Shown piece by piece: positions 1 through 9,787 of a stretch of DNA of 36,468 nt (position 1 is the stretch's first letter; each line of letters begins with the position of its first letter). The stretch spans positions 1-36,468 of the forward strand of contig CALEOS010001295.1 of NCBI GenBank assembly GCA_937912975.1, given 5' to 3'. The position numbers and the translations under genes were made by a program. The notes below the pieces were generated by a model that made no database searches, was not told the origin of the DNA, and saw only the letters and a program-made list of their open reading frames with translations. This DNA is from an uncultured Lewinella sp. Lineage in GTDB: Bacteria > Bacteroidota > Bacteroidia > Chitinophagales > Saprospiraceae.

Positions 1-46
1 AGATCAGCCTCGGTCTCGTGGGCTCGGAGATGTGTATAAGAGACAG
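1..46. other. Illumina Nextera adapter, not biological sequence: P7 tail AGAT, 8-nt i7 index CAGCCTCG, GTCTCGTGGGCTCGG, then Tn5 mosaic end AGATGTGTATAAGAGACAG
   Basis: 13-27 reads GTCTCGTGGGCTCGG and 28-46 reads AGATGTGTATAAGAGACAG. The exact reverse complement lies at 36422-36467. Confidence 0.95.
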
Positions 47-47
47 A

Positions 48-569
48 GTTTATATAATTAGTGCCGCTATTGCTATTCAATCAGGAGAGGTAGATCTCAT
101 ACAAATAATGAAATCCTTTGATTTGGTTGTTCCTGCCTTTGTTTTAATATTTGTTTCCACCTGGGTAACCAATGCATCCAATTTATATTCTATATCTCTT
201 ACCTTTAATACAGTCATTGAATCTTTTGGGTATGCCAAAATGTGCATAGTCACAGGCTTTATTGGGACAGTGATGGCATTGTTAGGTTTCTCTAATTACT
301 TCATCGAGTTCTTAAACATTCTAGGCGTTTTCACACCGTCGATTGCTGCTATCTATATTTTGGATTTCTTTTGGCTAAAAAAGCAACAATACGATTTAGA
401 TAAAATTCAAGCTTGGGGAAAGCCAGCATTGATCAGTTGGGGGCTAAGTTCGGCAATAAGCCTAATGACCTATCAAGAAGTTTTCCAAATCACCCATGCG
501 TATTTTGTTGATTCTTTTCTAATAGCAGGTGTGCTGTATTTTTTCTTGAGTAAGCCACGCCGAACATAA
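48..569 (+). CDS. C-terminal fragment of a polytopic permease, likely NCS1 or cytosine/purine permease-like; the 5' end is truncated by the contig end
   Basis: The ORF continues from the adapter. The product is hydrophobic with several predicted TM helices (VVPAFVLIFVSTWVTNASNLYSISL, MCIVTGFIGTVMALLGF, IAAIYILDFFW). The W..N.SNLYS segment resembles CodB/NCS1 permeases. The family call is from memory only. Confidence 0.55.
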   Translation, partial: VYIISAAIAIQSGEVDLIQIMKSFDLVVPAFVLIFVSTWVTNASNLYSISLTFNTVIESFGYAKMCIVTGFIGTVMALLGFSNYFIEFLNILGVFTPSIAAIYILDFFWLKKQQYDLDKIQAWGKPALISWGLSSAISLMTYQEVFQITHAYFVDSFLIAGVLYFFLSKPRRT

Positions 570-670
570 CAAATAGTGCTTATGATACTATGGATATGCG
601 CTTCAAAAAGAGCCTTGTCTTAGCAAAAAAATGACACTTTTTTCCTCCAAAAGCATTGCCCAAACATGCT

Positions 671-713
671 CTCAGAAGTTTTCCCAGACAGGACTGGGGA
701 AACTTCTGAAGTC
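671..713. repeat. REP-like hairpin, copy a of the ACTTCWGAAGT family
   Basis: ctcagaagttttccc-(loop)-ggggaaacttctgaagtc. It shares the identical 22-mer ggactggggaaacttctgaagt with 12658-12679. It lies between convergent genes, so it may also act as a terminator. Confidence 0.7.
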
Positions 714-725
714 TAAGGCTTTTGA

Positions 726-1271
726 TTAGTTCACTCGCCTACCAGTAGCTCGTCGATTTTTCACATTTACTTTTCTAATCTTCTTTAAGTCTACCATCAG
801 TGCTGCGTAAGCATTCTCAGAATCTACGCGGTATTTACGACCATCATAGGTAACCTGTCCACCCCTTCTCTGCCATTGGGAAGCCAATAGTACATAGCGT
901 TCACCCGCTTTTGGGCTTGGACCAAAAATGAGGAACTTGCTATCACTGCTGTCTTCAAAACCAACCGCAAAGCGATTCTCTTTGGGTTGAAAGAGTAAAA
1001 CCCCAGGTGTGCCTTTGCGGATGATTACCTGGTCGATATTGCGACCATCTACCACCTTGATCTCACCTGCAATGATTTCGGAGGTGCCACCCGATGCCTC
1101 TCGTTTTAGCACAATGTCTTTTGATACATAAAATTGGATACGTTTCAGTTCTGCATCAGACCAATCGTATTGACTCTGCAAACGTTGGGTGAATGGAGTG
1201 AGCGTTGGGCTACAGGATGCCAGCATCGTCATGCTGATAACTAGTAAGAAGAATAATTTTGCGTTTTTCAT
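726..1271 (-). CDS. Hypothetical lipoprotein (181 aa)
   Basis: ATG start. The signal peptide carries a lipobox (MKNAKLFFLLVISMTMLASC|SPT). The ORF has no competing frame. I recognise no family. Confidence 0.8.
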   Translation of the reverse strand: MKNAKLFFLLVISMTMLASCSPTLTPFTQRLQSQYDWSDAELKRIQFYVSKDIVLKREASGGTSEIIAGEIKVVDGRNIDQVIIRKGTPGVLLFQPKENRFAVGFEDSSDSKFLIFGPSPKAGERYVLLASQWQRRGGQVTYDGRKYRVDSENAYAALMVDLKKIRKVNVKNRRATGRRVN

Positions 1272-2065
1272 ATTTGTAGATTGTTAATGATAAATATTTA
1301 GACCGAAAAATAAGGACATAGTTTAGCTCGCTCCAATGGATTAAGACACTTTAACATGATTTGCACTTTTTTAACAGCTTGTTTTTAGCCGCCAGTGATT
1401 ACAATAGGAGGTGGTTTAGCACTTATTTAGTACATATATTTAATTTTACATAAATATAAATACTATATGAGAAACATTCTTTTGATATCTCCGTATTAGC
1501 TGTAAGACCATAACACCAAAACAGACACACACCAATCAATCAAACGGTATTTCTCCCCCCTACTAGAGTAATGGATTTTAATGTCCAATCATCGTTCAAA
1601 CGTTGCTTACCTTTAGTAAAATATCCTTGACCTGTATCCAGAAGTTGTTGTTAATTATAGCCCGGTACCTATAATTACAGCCTGTCGAGTAACTTTTTCC
1701 ATGAGTAGGAAAGAAACTTTAGACATTAGGCCGAAAACCAACTGCTTTTAGATCGCGCTGATTACAAGTATTCTAACCTTTCAACATGATATTACAGGCG
1801 TGCTAGGTAATACTAAGTTAATGATTTAGTGTTGCAGTTGTGCATAATGCACATCCAGTAAACCTGTCCTACATTAACCCAATTCTACGTTTTACACGCA
1901 AGCGACTCATCCAATTAGAAGATTCATCCTGGACATTAGGATAAGACTTATTCTGTGAGAGAATAAGCCTAGAATTGCCTATGCCTAATAATGGTATAAG
2001 GCTTACCTGCCCAGCGATGTGCTGAATCAGCTTAGTAAAATACTGTCTTATAATAACTACACTAA

Positions 2066-3175
2066 ATGCCATTAAAAATGTTTAAAACAAGCACAATCTT
2101 TCTGACTTTTATGATCGTTTGTATGGGGTTTTCTTTTCATGCAAATGCACAGATAGGCTACCTGAACCCTAATTTAAAGGAACTTCCAATCGTTATTTCT
2201 TGGACGGGTGATGGTATTAAAATTACAGCAAAGGGAACTTATGCTAATACGACCAATTTTTTGCATGTTAAAGCCTCACGGTATCTAGAACAAGCCGGAA
2301 GTAATGAGATTCGGGTGATTCCTGGCTCAGTTAACACGCCGGTTATTATTGATTTATCGAATTTCATCAGGAAAACAGAACCAACCGCCGATACCGGCAA
2401 TATGGTAGACCTGAGCACCCCTTTTATTGATATAGAAATGCCGAAATTGGCCTTGTCTAATTATAATGAACCGAATAGTTTTATACTTGATCTGCGGGGT
2501 TTTACAGATGAAAGTAACTATTCTCAGCAATTATTCTTGTTTCGCGGCTTAGATGTATTCTTTGTGGCTACTGATAATTGCGCCAACTTGGCCGCTAATG
2601 GCAACAAAGTACTAGTAAGCGTAGGCCACTGTGAAGTGAAACATGTCGTTTTGAAGGGAGGATTATTGGATTTGGACGATATGGATGAAAAAATACCGGC
2701 GCTATGTAGAAAGTACAATGAACGCTATTATACACAAAGTGACGGGGATGCTTTTGTTTGCTTGGAAGACTGTAAGGAAGAAGATCCTTTAGCACTTCAG
2801 AATCAAAGCCACGTGCGCGGCTTGGTAACCAAGTATAATATTACTGACTTTGAAGATCATCCTATCTCTTTTCTAGATGATGTTATTCTTACCAAAAAGG
2901 GAGTGGGTTTAAACCTGAAGGCTAAACCGCTAAAGCCCCTTAGAAAGAGAAAGAATAAGAAGGTGGCTTATGAGGCCTATGATCACTATAAATTCTTTCC
3001 TTGGTACGAATTTATTAACCTTTCCTTTACTAAATATGTAGATGAAAATCAGTTGTTGATTGAAGATGCTTACAACAACAGCTACATCTTTAATTCTCGT
3101 GTTCATTTTTCAAATGTAGAATTGATCCAGTTTTTTAATGAACTACAAGCATTGATCTCTGCACAAGTAAAATAG
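2066..3175 (+). CDS. Hypothetical secreted protein (369 aa, 6 Cys in the mature part), family unknown
   Basis: ATG at 2066, with an alternative ATG at 2078. The signal peptide is MFKTSTIFLTFMIVCMGFSFHANAQ. It is a long clean ORF in an AT-rich segment. Confidence 0.7.
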   Translation: MPLKMFKTSTIFLTFMIVCMGFSFHANAQIGYLNPNLKELPIVISWTGDGIKITAKGTYANTTNFLHVKASRYLEQAGSNEIRVIPGSVNTPVIIDLSNFIRKTEPTADTGNMVDLSTPFIDIEMPKLALSNYNEPNSFILDLRGFTDESNYSQQLFLFRGLDVFFVATDNCANLAANGNKVLVSVGHCEVKHVVLKGGLLDLDDMDEKIPALCRKYNERYYTQSDGDAFVCLEDCKEEDPLALQNQSHVRGLVTKYNITDFEDHPISFLDDVILTKKGVGLNLKAKPLKPLRKRKNKKVAYEAYDHYKFFPWYEFINLSFTKYVDENQLLIEDAYNNSYIFNSRVHFSNVELIQFFNELQALISAQVK

Positions 3176-3214
3176 AAGACAACACAGCGATTCGCTAATT
3201 CTTACTACATCTAA

Positions 3215-3262
3215 CTAACATGGCATACCTTTCCTTCGAATGAGGAGGGTAGGCCATGTTAG
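3215..3262 (+). terminator. Stem-loop downstream of the 2066-3175 CDS, a possible terminator
   Basis: ctaacatggcatacc (3215-3229) pairs with ggtaggccatgttag (3248-3262). That gives 10 + 4 bp with one mismatch and an 18-nt loop. There is no clear U-tract. Confidence 0.35.
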
Positions 3263-3328
3263 ACCTAAGCATACACCTGATTCAACCATCAGACGTAACC
3301 ATCACTAGTACGTCTAATTCTCAGCTAA

Positions 3329-6025
3329 ATGGCATTTAATTACCTAATCGGTAGAGGTAGTAAATTTCTCTTTACCGTCATGTTCTTAGTCGTTTCATTA
3401 TCCATAGGATTTTCACAAGTATCCATCAGTGGACTTGTGATGGACAATGTTAATAATATTCCTATCACCGGTGCGAATGTCGAAGTGAGGGGTGAAATTG
3501 AAGGTACCTCTTCAGCAGAGGATGGTTCTTTTAGTATCACAATTAAACAGCCCTTACCCGCCAAACTGATTGTCACCTATTTGGGCTATCAGTTGCGTGA
3601 AATTATGATTGATCGCCCAACAAGTAACCTATTGGTATCTATGATGCCTGGGGCCCTGATTGGCCAAGAGGTAGTGGTGTCCGTATCGAGGAAGCGAGAA
3701 AAGGTCCAAGAGGCTCCTTCTGCGGTAGATGTGATACAACAGCGAGCCTTATTAGCCGATGCGGTGAGTAATCCATTTTTATCCTTACGCAATAAGGTCG
3801 GCCTGGATGTCACGCAAACCGGTGTGAATGGCGGGCATATTACATTGCGAGGTCGTTCGGCGGTATTTCAGACGGAGACCTTTGTGATGTCGGATTACCG
3901 GAATTTGATCATACCAGGATTGGGTACGTTGGCCTATGGTCAGCAGCCGATAGATCCGATAGATTTGGAAAAAATAGAAATTGTGAAAGGCCCCGGTTCG
4001 GCCTTGTATGGCCCTGGTGTAGAAGCCGGGATTGTCCATTTTATCTCTAAAAGTCCCTTTGACAAACAAGGCACTACGTTTAGTCTTGGGGCAGGTACCC
4101 GGAATCTATTGCAAGCTTCGTTTCGGCAAGCTGGGGTATCTGCTAATGGTAAATTGGGGTACAAAGTGACCGGTTACTATCGGAAGGCCAATGATTGGGA
4201 AATTGATCGTCTTGATCCTACAGAGGCAAGTCAATTTGCCAGTTTTAAGCCAAGAATCGTCAGTAGCTTGACGGATAAACTGGTGACTAATACAGTACCC
4301 AATTACAAGGTGGAATCGATGGGCATTACCGGTACGCTGGCTTATCGCCCTAATGATGAAACAACGATAACCAGTACGGCCGGCTGGTCAGTCGGCAAAG
4401 CCTTATTTCGCACTTCGCAAGGAGTAGGGTATACCGCTGCGCCTCGACCTTTTGCCCAAACACGAGTGCAGTCTGGCGGCTGGTTTGGACAAGCTTTCTG
4501 GTCTTACCAGGGAGGTAAGGATGGAAAAACCTATTTATATGCTACTGGCCTGACCACTATTACTGAATCTCATCAGTTTGAGGGCCAGTTGCAGTATACT
4601 TTTGATTTTGGAGAGGATAAGATCAATTACGTATTTGGCACGGACTATCGTTTGAATACCACAGATACCAAAGGTACGGTGCATGGACGCTGGGAGACTA
4701 TGGATGACTATGCGATTTTTGGTATTTATGGTCAAGCCAAAATGTCGATCAGTAATGATGTGTATTTTGTGGGTGCGGCTCGATTTGATCATTTTCCAGC
4801 CTTAGAAAAATCTTCCTATTCTCCTCGCTTGGGTTTGGTCTATAAACCTACGCCCTTACATACTTTACGACTTACTTTCAACCATGCGGTGGGCGCACCA
4901 TCTGCTATCAACCTTTATGGTGATTTGGCGTTGGCTGATACAGACCGTTTTTCTTACCATCTACTAGGAGGTGCCGATAAAATTAGTTTTGACAATAAGC
5001 AAACCGCGAGTTTTCTTCCAGGAGTCGGGCTAACGGAGGGCGTTGGGCTGGATCTACAGCCTGTCTATAGCTTATTGACCCAACAATTAGCCGAAAAAGG
5101 CTTAGCATCGGAGGAAGTAATCAATTACCTCAATGGGCTTGAAGAACAAGTATCAGGATTCTCAGCCGGTGTTTTGACCCAAGAACCTTTAACCCGATCT
5201 ACGCTAGACCTATCCAGTTCCGATATGTATGAAATTGGATACAAAGGTTTAGTGAATAATCGGTGGAGTATTGGAATCGACCTTTACTATAATAAGAGAA
5301 CTAATCTGCTGTCTGCGCCGATTCTGGCTAGCCCCTTTGTGATGCAGCCCACTTTAGCGGCCGACTTGTCCAAGGCTTTAGAAAATAGCCTCGATGGAGA
5401 AACATTAGCTGATTTGGGTGAAACGCCTAGCTCTATTGCTAGTCTGTATGCTCAATTAGCTCGGGGCTTATCTGTAGATCCATTAACTGGAGATCCGCAG
5501 GTATTAGGATTGATAAGTACCGATCAATCTCCGGAGAATTCCGCTTTACCTACAGCAGACTTAGCATATTACAACATTAGTGAAATCGATTATTATGGGT
5601 TGGATTTTTCGCTGAAATACTATGTCCACAAGGATCTTTCGATTTTTGGTAATTTGACGTGGCTCAGTCAGGTCTATTTTGAAGACGTACCCATCGGAGA
5701 AGGTTTTGATCGCTTAACGACTGATTTTAGTTTAAATGTACCCAGTACTAAAATAAAGATGGGTATAGAGTTGGCACCAGATTATGGCTTCAATGCTTTT
5801 TTGATGCTACGTTATCAAAATCGATGGACGAGTATAAACGGTATTCCCTGGTCAGGCCCGGTAGATGCTTTTACCTTGGCTGATATAGGACTGGGCTACG
5901 CTTTTCAACAAAATTTTCGGCTAAACCTAACGGTGACGAATGTATTTGGAGAAGATTATCGAGCCATTTACGGCGCGCCTAAGATTGGCCGGCAAATGAT
6001 TGTAAAGACTTATTTCGATTTCTAA
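3329..6025 (+). CDS. TonB-dependent outer-membrane receptor with an N-terminal CarboxypepD_reg-like domain
   Basis: Signal or TM segment, then ISGLVMDNVNNIPITGANVEVRG...DGSFSI (CarboxypepD_reg). Plug motifs IEIVKGPGSALYGPGVEAGIVHFISK follow, then a long beta-barrel ending in an aromatic residue (...KTYFDF). No SusD-like partner lies downstream. Confidence 0.9.
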   Translation: MAFNYLIGRGSKFLFTVMFLVVSLSIGFSQVSISGLVMDNVNNIPITGANVEVRGEIEGTSSAEDGSFSITIKQPLPAKLIVTYLGYQLREIMIDRPTSNLLVSMMPGALIGQEVVVSVSRKREKVQEAPSAVDVIQQRALLADAVSNPFLSLRNKVGLDVTQTGVNGGHITLRGRSAVFQTETFVMSDYRNLIIPGLGTLAYGQQPIDPIDLEKIEIVKGPGSALYGPGVEAGIVHFISKSPFDKQGTTFSLGAGTRNLLQASFRQAGVSANGKLGYKVTGYYRKANDWEIDRLDPTEASQFASFKPRIVSSLTDKLVTNTVPNYKVESMGITGTLAYRPNDETTITSTAGWSVGKALFRTSQGVGYTAAPRPFAQTRVQSGGWFGQAFWSYQGGKDGKTYLYATGLTTITESHQFEGQLQYTFDFGEDKINYVFGTDYRLNTTDTKGTVHGRWETMDDYAIFGIYGQAKMSISNDVYFVGAARFDHFPALEKSSYSPRLGLVYKPTPLHTLRLTFNHAVGAPSAINLYGDLALADTDRFSYHLLGGADKISFDNKQTASFLPGVGLTEGVGLDLQPVYSLLTQQLAEKGLASEEVINYLNGLEEQVSGFSAGVLTQEPLTRSTLDLSSSDMYEIGYKGLVNNRWSIGIDLYYNKRTNLLSAPILASPFVMQPTLAADLSKALENSLDGETLADLGETPSSIASLYAQLARGLSVDPLTGDPQVLGLISTDQSPENSALPTADLAYYNISEIDYYGLDFSLKYYVHKDLSIFGNLTWLSQVYFEDVPIGEGFDRLTTDFSLNVPSTKIKMGIELAPDYGFNAFLMLRYQNRWTSINGIPWSGPVDAFTLADIGLGYAFQQNFRLNLTVTNVFGEDYRAIYGAPKIGRQMIVKTYFDF

Positions 6026-6049
6026 AAATAGCAGATGATACAAACGGGA

Positions 6050-6499
6050 TTACAATCGTTTTAAGCGAAAAAAGTCCTGCATCAACTGTCGAGCTTCAGC
6101 TTCCAAGATGCCAAATTCTACTTTGGTTTTGGGATGTAAAAGCCTTTTACCAAAACGCATAAAACCTCGTTTTTCATCCTCGGCTCCGTAGACCAGCCGA
6201 TCCAGCTGCGCCCATTGCAAAGCACCGGCACACATTACACAGGGCTCGAGGGTGACATAGAGGGTACAGTCGACCAGGTATTTGCTACCCAAGTAATTGG
6301 CAGCAGCGGTCAACGCAACGATCTCGGCATGAGCCGTTACATCATTCAGTTGCTCCGTGTGATTATGGCTACGTGCAATGATCTGATTATTAGAGACAAT
6401 AACAGCACCAACGGGCACTTCTCCTAGGTCTTTGGCTTTTTCGGCCTCGCGCAAGGCCTGCCGCATAAAATGTTCATCGCTAAATACACTCAATTTCAT
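6050..6499 (-). CDS. tadA: tRNA-specific adenosine deaminase (CMP/dCMP deaminase fold)
   Basis: Motifs HAEIVAL and LEPCVMCAGAL (H-A-E ... PCxxC zinc site), and the size, fit TadA. The ORF-track start at 6535 is a TTG, so I use the ATG at 6499 (MKLSVFSDEHFMRQAL...). Confidence 0.88.
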   Translation of the reverse strand: MKLSVFSDEHFMRQALREAEKAKDLGEVPVGAVIVSNNQIIARSHNHTEQLNDVTAHAEIVALTAAANYLGSKYLVDCTLYVTLEPCVMCAGALQWAQLDRLVYGAEDEKRGFMRFGKRLLHPKTKVEFGILEAEARQLMQDFFRLKRL

Positions 6500-6565
6500 A
6501 GCTGCAAAGGTCAATAATGCGAAGAAAAGGAACAAGGATTTGACTTAAAAAAACTTTTACGATAA

Positions 6566-8086
<1,521 letters not shown>

Positions 8087-8096
8087 GGATAATGGG

Positions 8097-8174
8097 TGAA
8101 GAAGTGAATGAGTGAAGAAGTGAATGAGTGAATAGGTGAGGTGCTGAAATCCACTTCACTCATTCACTTCTTCA
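8097..8174. terminator. Long hairpin between convergent guaB and the 8172-9578 gene; the 5' arm carries a 16-nt tandem duplication
   Basis: tgaagaagtgaatgag occurs at 8097-8112 and again at 8113-8128, followed by tgaa. The segment 8113-8132 pairs perfectly (20 bp) with ttcactcattcacttcttca at 8155-8174. The 5' arm has no C. The 3' arm overlaps the stop codon of the minus-strand gene. Confidence 0.6.
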
Positions 8175-9578
8175 GCCATTGACCTTCTGCAACAGCCACT
8201 CTTTTTCGGCGACATTGCCCGTACTAATAATGGTTTGTTTCAGCTTGAGCCGCGTATTGTCATCTGATGGGTGTAGGCGCAAAAGCTGATGCGTAAAGCG
8301 GATTAGATTCAGATAGTTTCCGCGATGATAGCCAATGTCTTTTTGGCGATAAACCAAGTTCTTGAAACTTTCCAATAGCGACTCTAGGGCATCCGTCTCG
8401 CCCAGTTCAAAATAACTTACCAATAGCATTTTTCGAGCTTCTAATCCATGTAAAACGTCTTGGAAATCGGTCTGGCGTAAGAGCGACATAGCTTTCGAGA
8501 AATCTCGTTTTCGATAGTATAGATTAGCCAAATTAAAGTTGAGGGTACTTTCTCGGTATTTTTGTTCGATATAGGTCTGATATTGTTTTAGAAAAACCTC
8601 CGTCCATTCAAAGGCTTTTAAGCCCATCCCCGCCAAGGCGATATTGTTGTAGGTAAAGCGAGACAAATAGCCATTTTCTAAGAAAACATCGGTGGCTAAG
8701 CCTTCCTTATAAAAGGCGAAGGCGTGCTCGAGGAAGATGCTCTTGCCTGCATTAAGCTGCTGTATACAATAATTAATGGCTAGTAGATAAATAGACCTTA
8801 GTTCATAGGTGGGGAAATAATGATTAGCATTGATAATCAGAGACTTGAGTTGTGGGAAATGTAAGTCCTCTTCTTCCCCTTTCAAGGTGTTATATAAATG
8901 AAAATAGACCATTAGTGCGGGGCTATGACTGTAATCCTTTGTTCGTACTTCTTGTAAAACAGCCGCAAATAAGGGCAAGTCATAGGTGTTTTCCAAGACC
9001 GTCTGATGAGAGAGGGCTACGCAGGCCTGTTGCAGCTGCTGGGTCATGAAGAAAAGCGTGCTTTGATGTGCCCATTCTTGAAAACCAGTCGTTGATCGAC
9101 GACTTTGGTTAGCGGAAAAGATATACTGTTCTTGCTGGAATAGAAATTGGCAATAGTGATATTCTTGGTTTCTAAAAGGTTGATTAGCCAGCTGTTTTGC
9201 TGTTTTATGGCTGCTGGTCTCAAAGGATCGATTCAAACCCCTCTTTCTAAAAGCACTTAATAAGGACAATTGAGGCCTTAGTTGCCCCGAAGCCCACTCG
9301 CTATAAGCCAGGTAATCCTGCAGTAGCTGAAACAAAAAAGACATGGCGTAGCGTATGCGCTTCTCTTCATAGGCCTTTCCGGGATAAACCGCTTTAAAAA
9401 CTAGGGGCTTTTCCAGCTTATCTACCTGTCCCTTGGGTATCACTTTTTTGAAATAATCCAGCAGCTCGATGACGTCTTTTCGGCTGTTGTGGAAGGGAGA
9501 AGCGACGAATTTGGTACTCTCTACCCACTCTTTACGGCGAAAGGTGCTTAATAAGGCGATGAGTTGACTGTTTTTCAT
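8172..9578 (-). CDS. Hypothetical all-alpha protein (468 aa) with a TPR-like C-terminal region
   Basis: ATG start and a clean 1.4-kb ORF. There is no signal peptide or TM segment. The composition is helical repeat-like (LNFNLANLYYRKRDFSKAMSLLRQ..., LLVSYFELGETDALESLL). I recognise no catalytic motif. Confidence 0.75.
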   Translation of the reverse strand: MKNSQLIALLSTFRRKEWVESTKFVASPFHNSRKDVIELLDYFKKVIPKGQVDKLEKPLVFKAVYPGKAYEEKRIRYAMSFLFQLLQDYLAYSEWASGQLRPQLSLLSAFRKRGLNRSFETSSHKTAKQLANQPFRNQEYHYCQFLFQQEQYIFSANQSRRSTTGFQEWAHQSTLFFMTQQLQQACVALSHQTVLENTYDLPLFAAVLQEVRTKDYSHSPALMVYFHLYNTLKGEEEDLHFPQLKSLIINANHYFPTYELRSIYLLAINYCIQQLNAGKSIFLEHAFAFYKEGLATDVFLENGYLSRFTYNNIALAGMGLKAFEWTEVFLKQYQTYIEQKYRESTLNFNLANLYYRKRDFSKAMSLLRQTDFQDVLHGLEARKMLLVSYFELGETDALESLLESFKNLVYRQKDIGYHRGNYLNLIRFTHQLLRLHPSDDNTRLKLKQTIISTGNVAEKEWLLQKVNG

Positions 9579-9734
9579 TTATGATAATTTGGCATAAATA
9601 AATATAAAATGCTGATATAAAATTAGTAAAGAGATAATTAAAGAAATGAAATATTGGCAAATAAAGAGATTTGATATTGCTTCTACCTGATATGGCTAGT
9701 ACTTTGGGATCAGATTTAGTTAATGACTGAGGCT

Positions 9735-9750
9735 TAGACTTCAGAAGTCT
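9735..9750. repeat. Half-copy of the ACTTCWGAAGT repeat family (copy c)
   Basis: The sequence is tagacttcagaagtct. Its reverse complement agacttctgaagtctaagcc matches the right arms of copies a and d. Confidence 0.5.
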
Positions 9751-9787
9751 TGCTACAGTTTGTTACACCGTGCCTAATTCTTATCAG

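Noticed and set aside
18-47. The N-terminal residues MGSEMCIRDR of the first ORF
   Set aside because: They are encoded by the Nextera adapter and mosaic end, not by the genome. The true gene is 5'-truncated.
1869-2072. A 67-aa ORF in the AT-rich spacer
   Set aside because: It has no signal, no motif and low-complexity composition, and it overlaps the start of the 2066 gene on the opposite strand. It is chance-sized for AT-rich DNA.
3176-3328. A possible riboswitch (B12 or TPP) upstream of the TonB-dependent receptor
   Set aside because: I could not find a B12 box or a TPP-like conserved core. Only two simple hairpins are present.
8097-8132. Tandem repeats as a possible mini-CRISPR or satellite
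   Set aside because: There are only 2.25 directly abutting copies and no spacers. They form the arm of a hairpin terminator.
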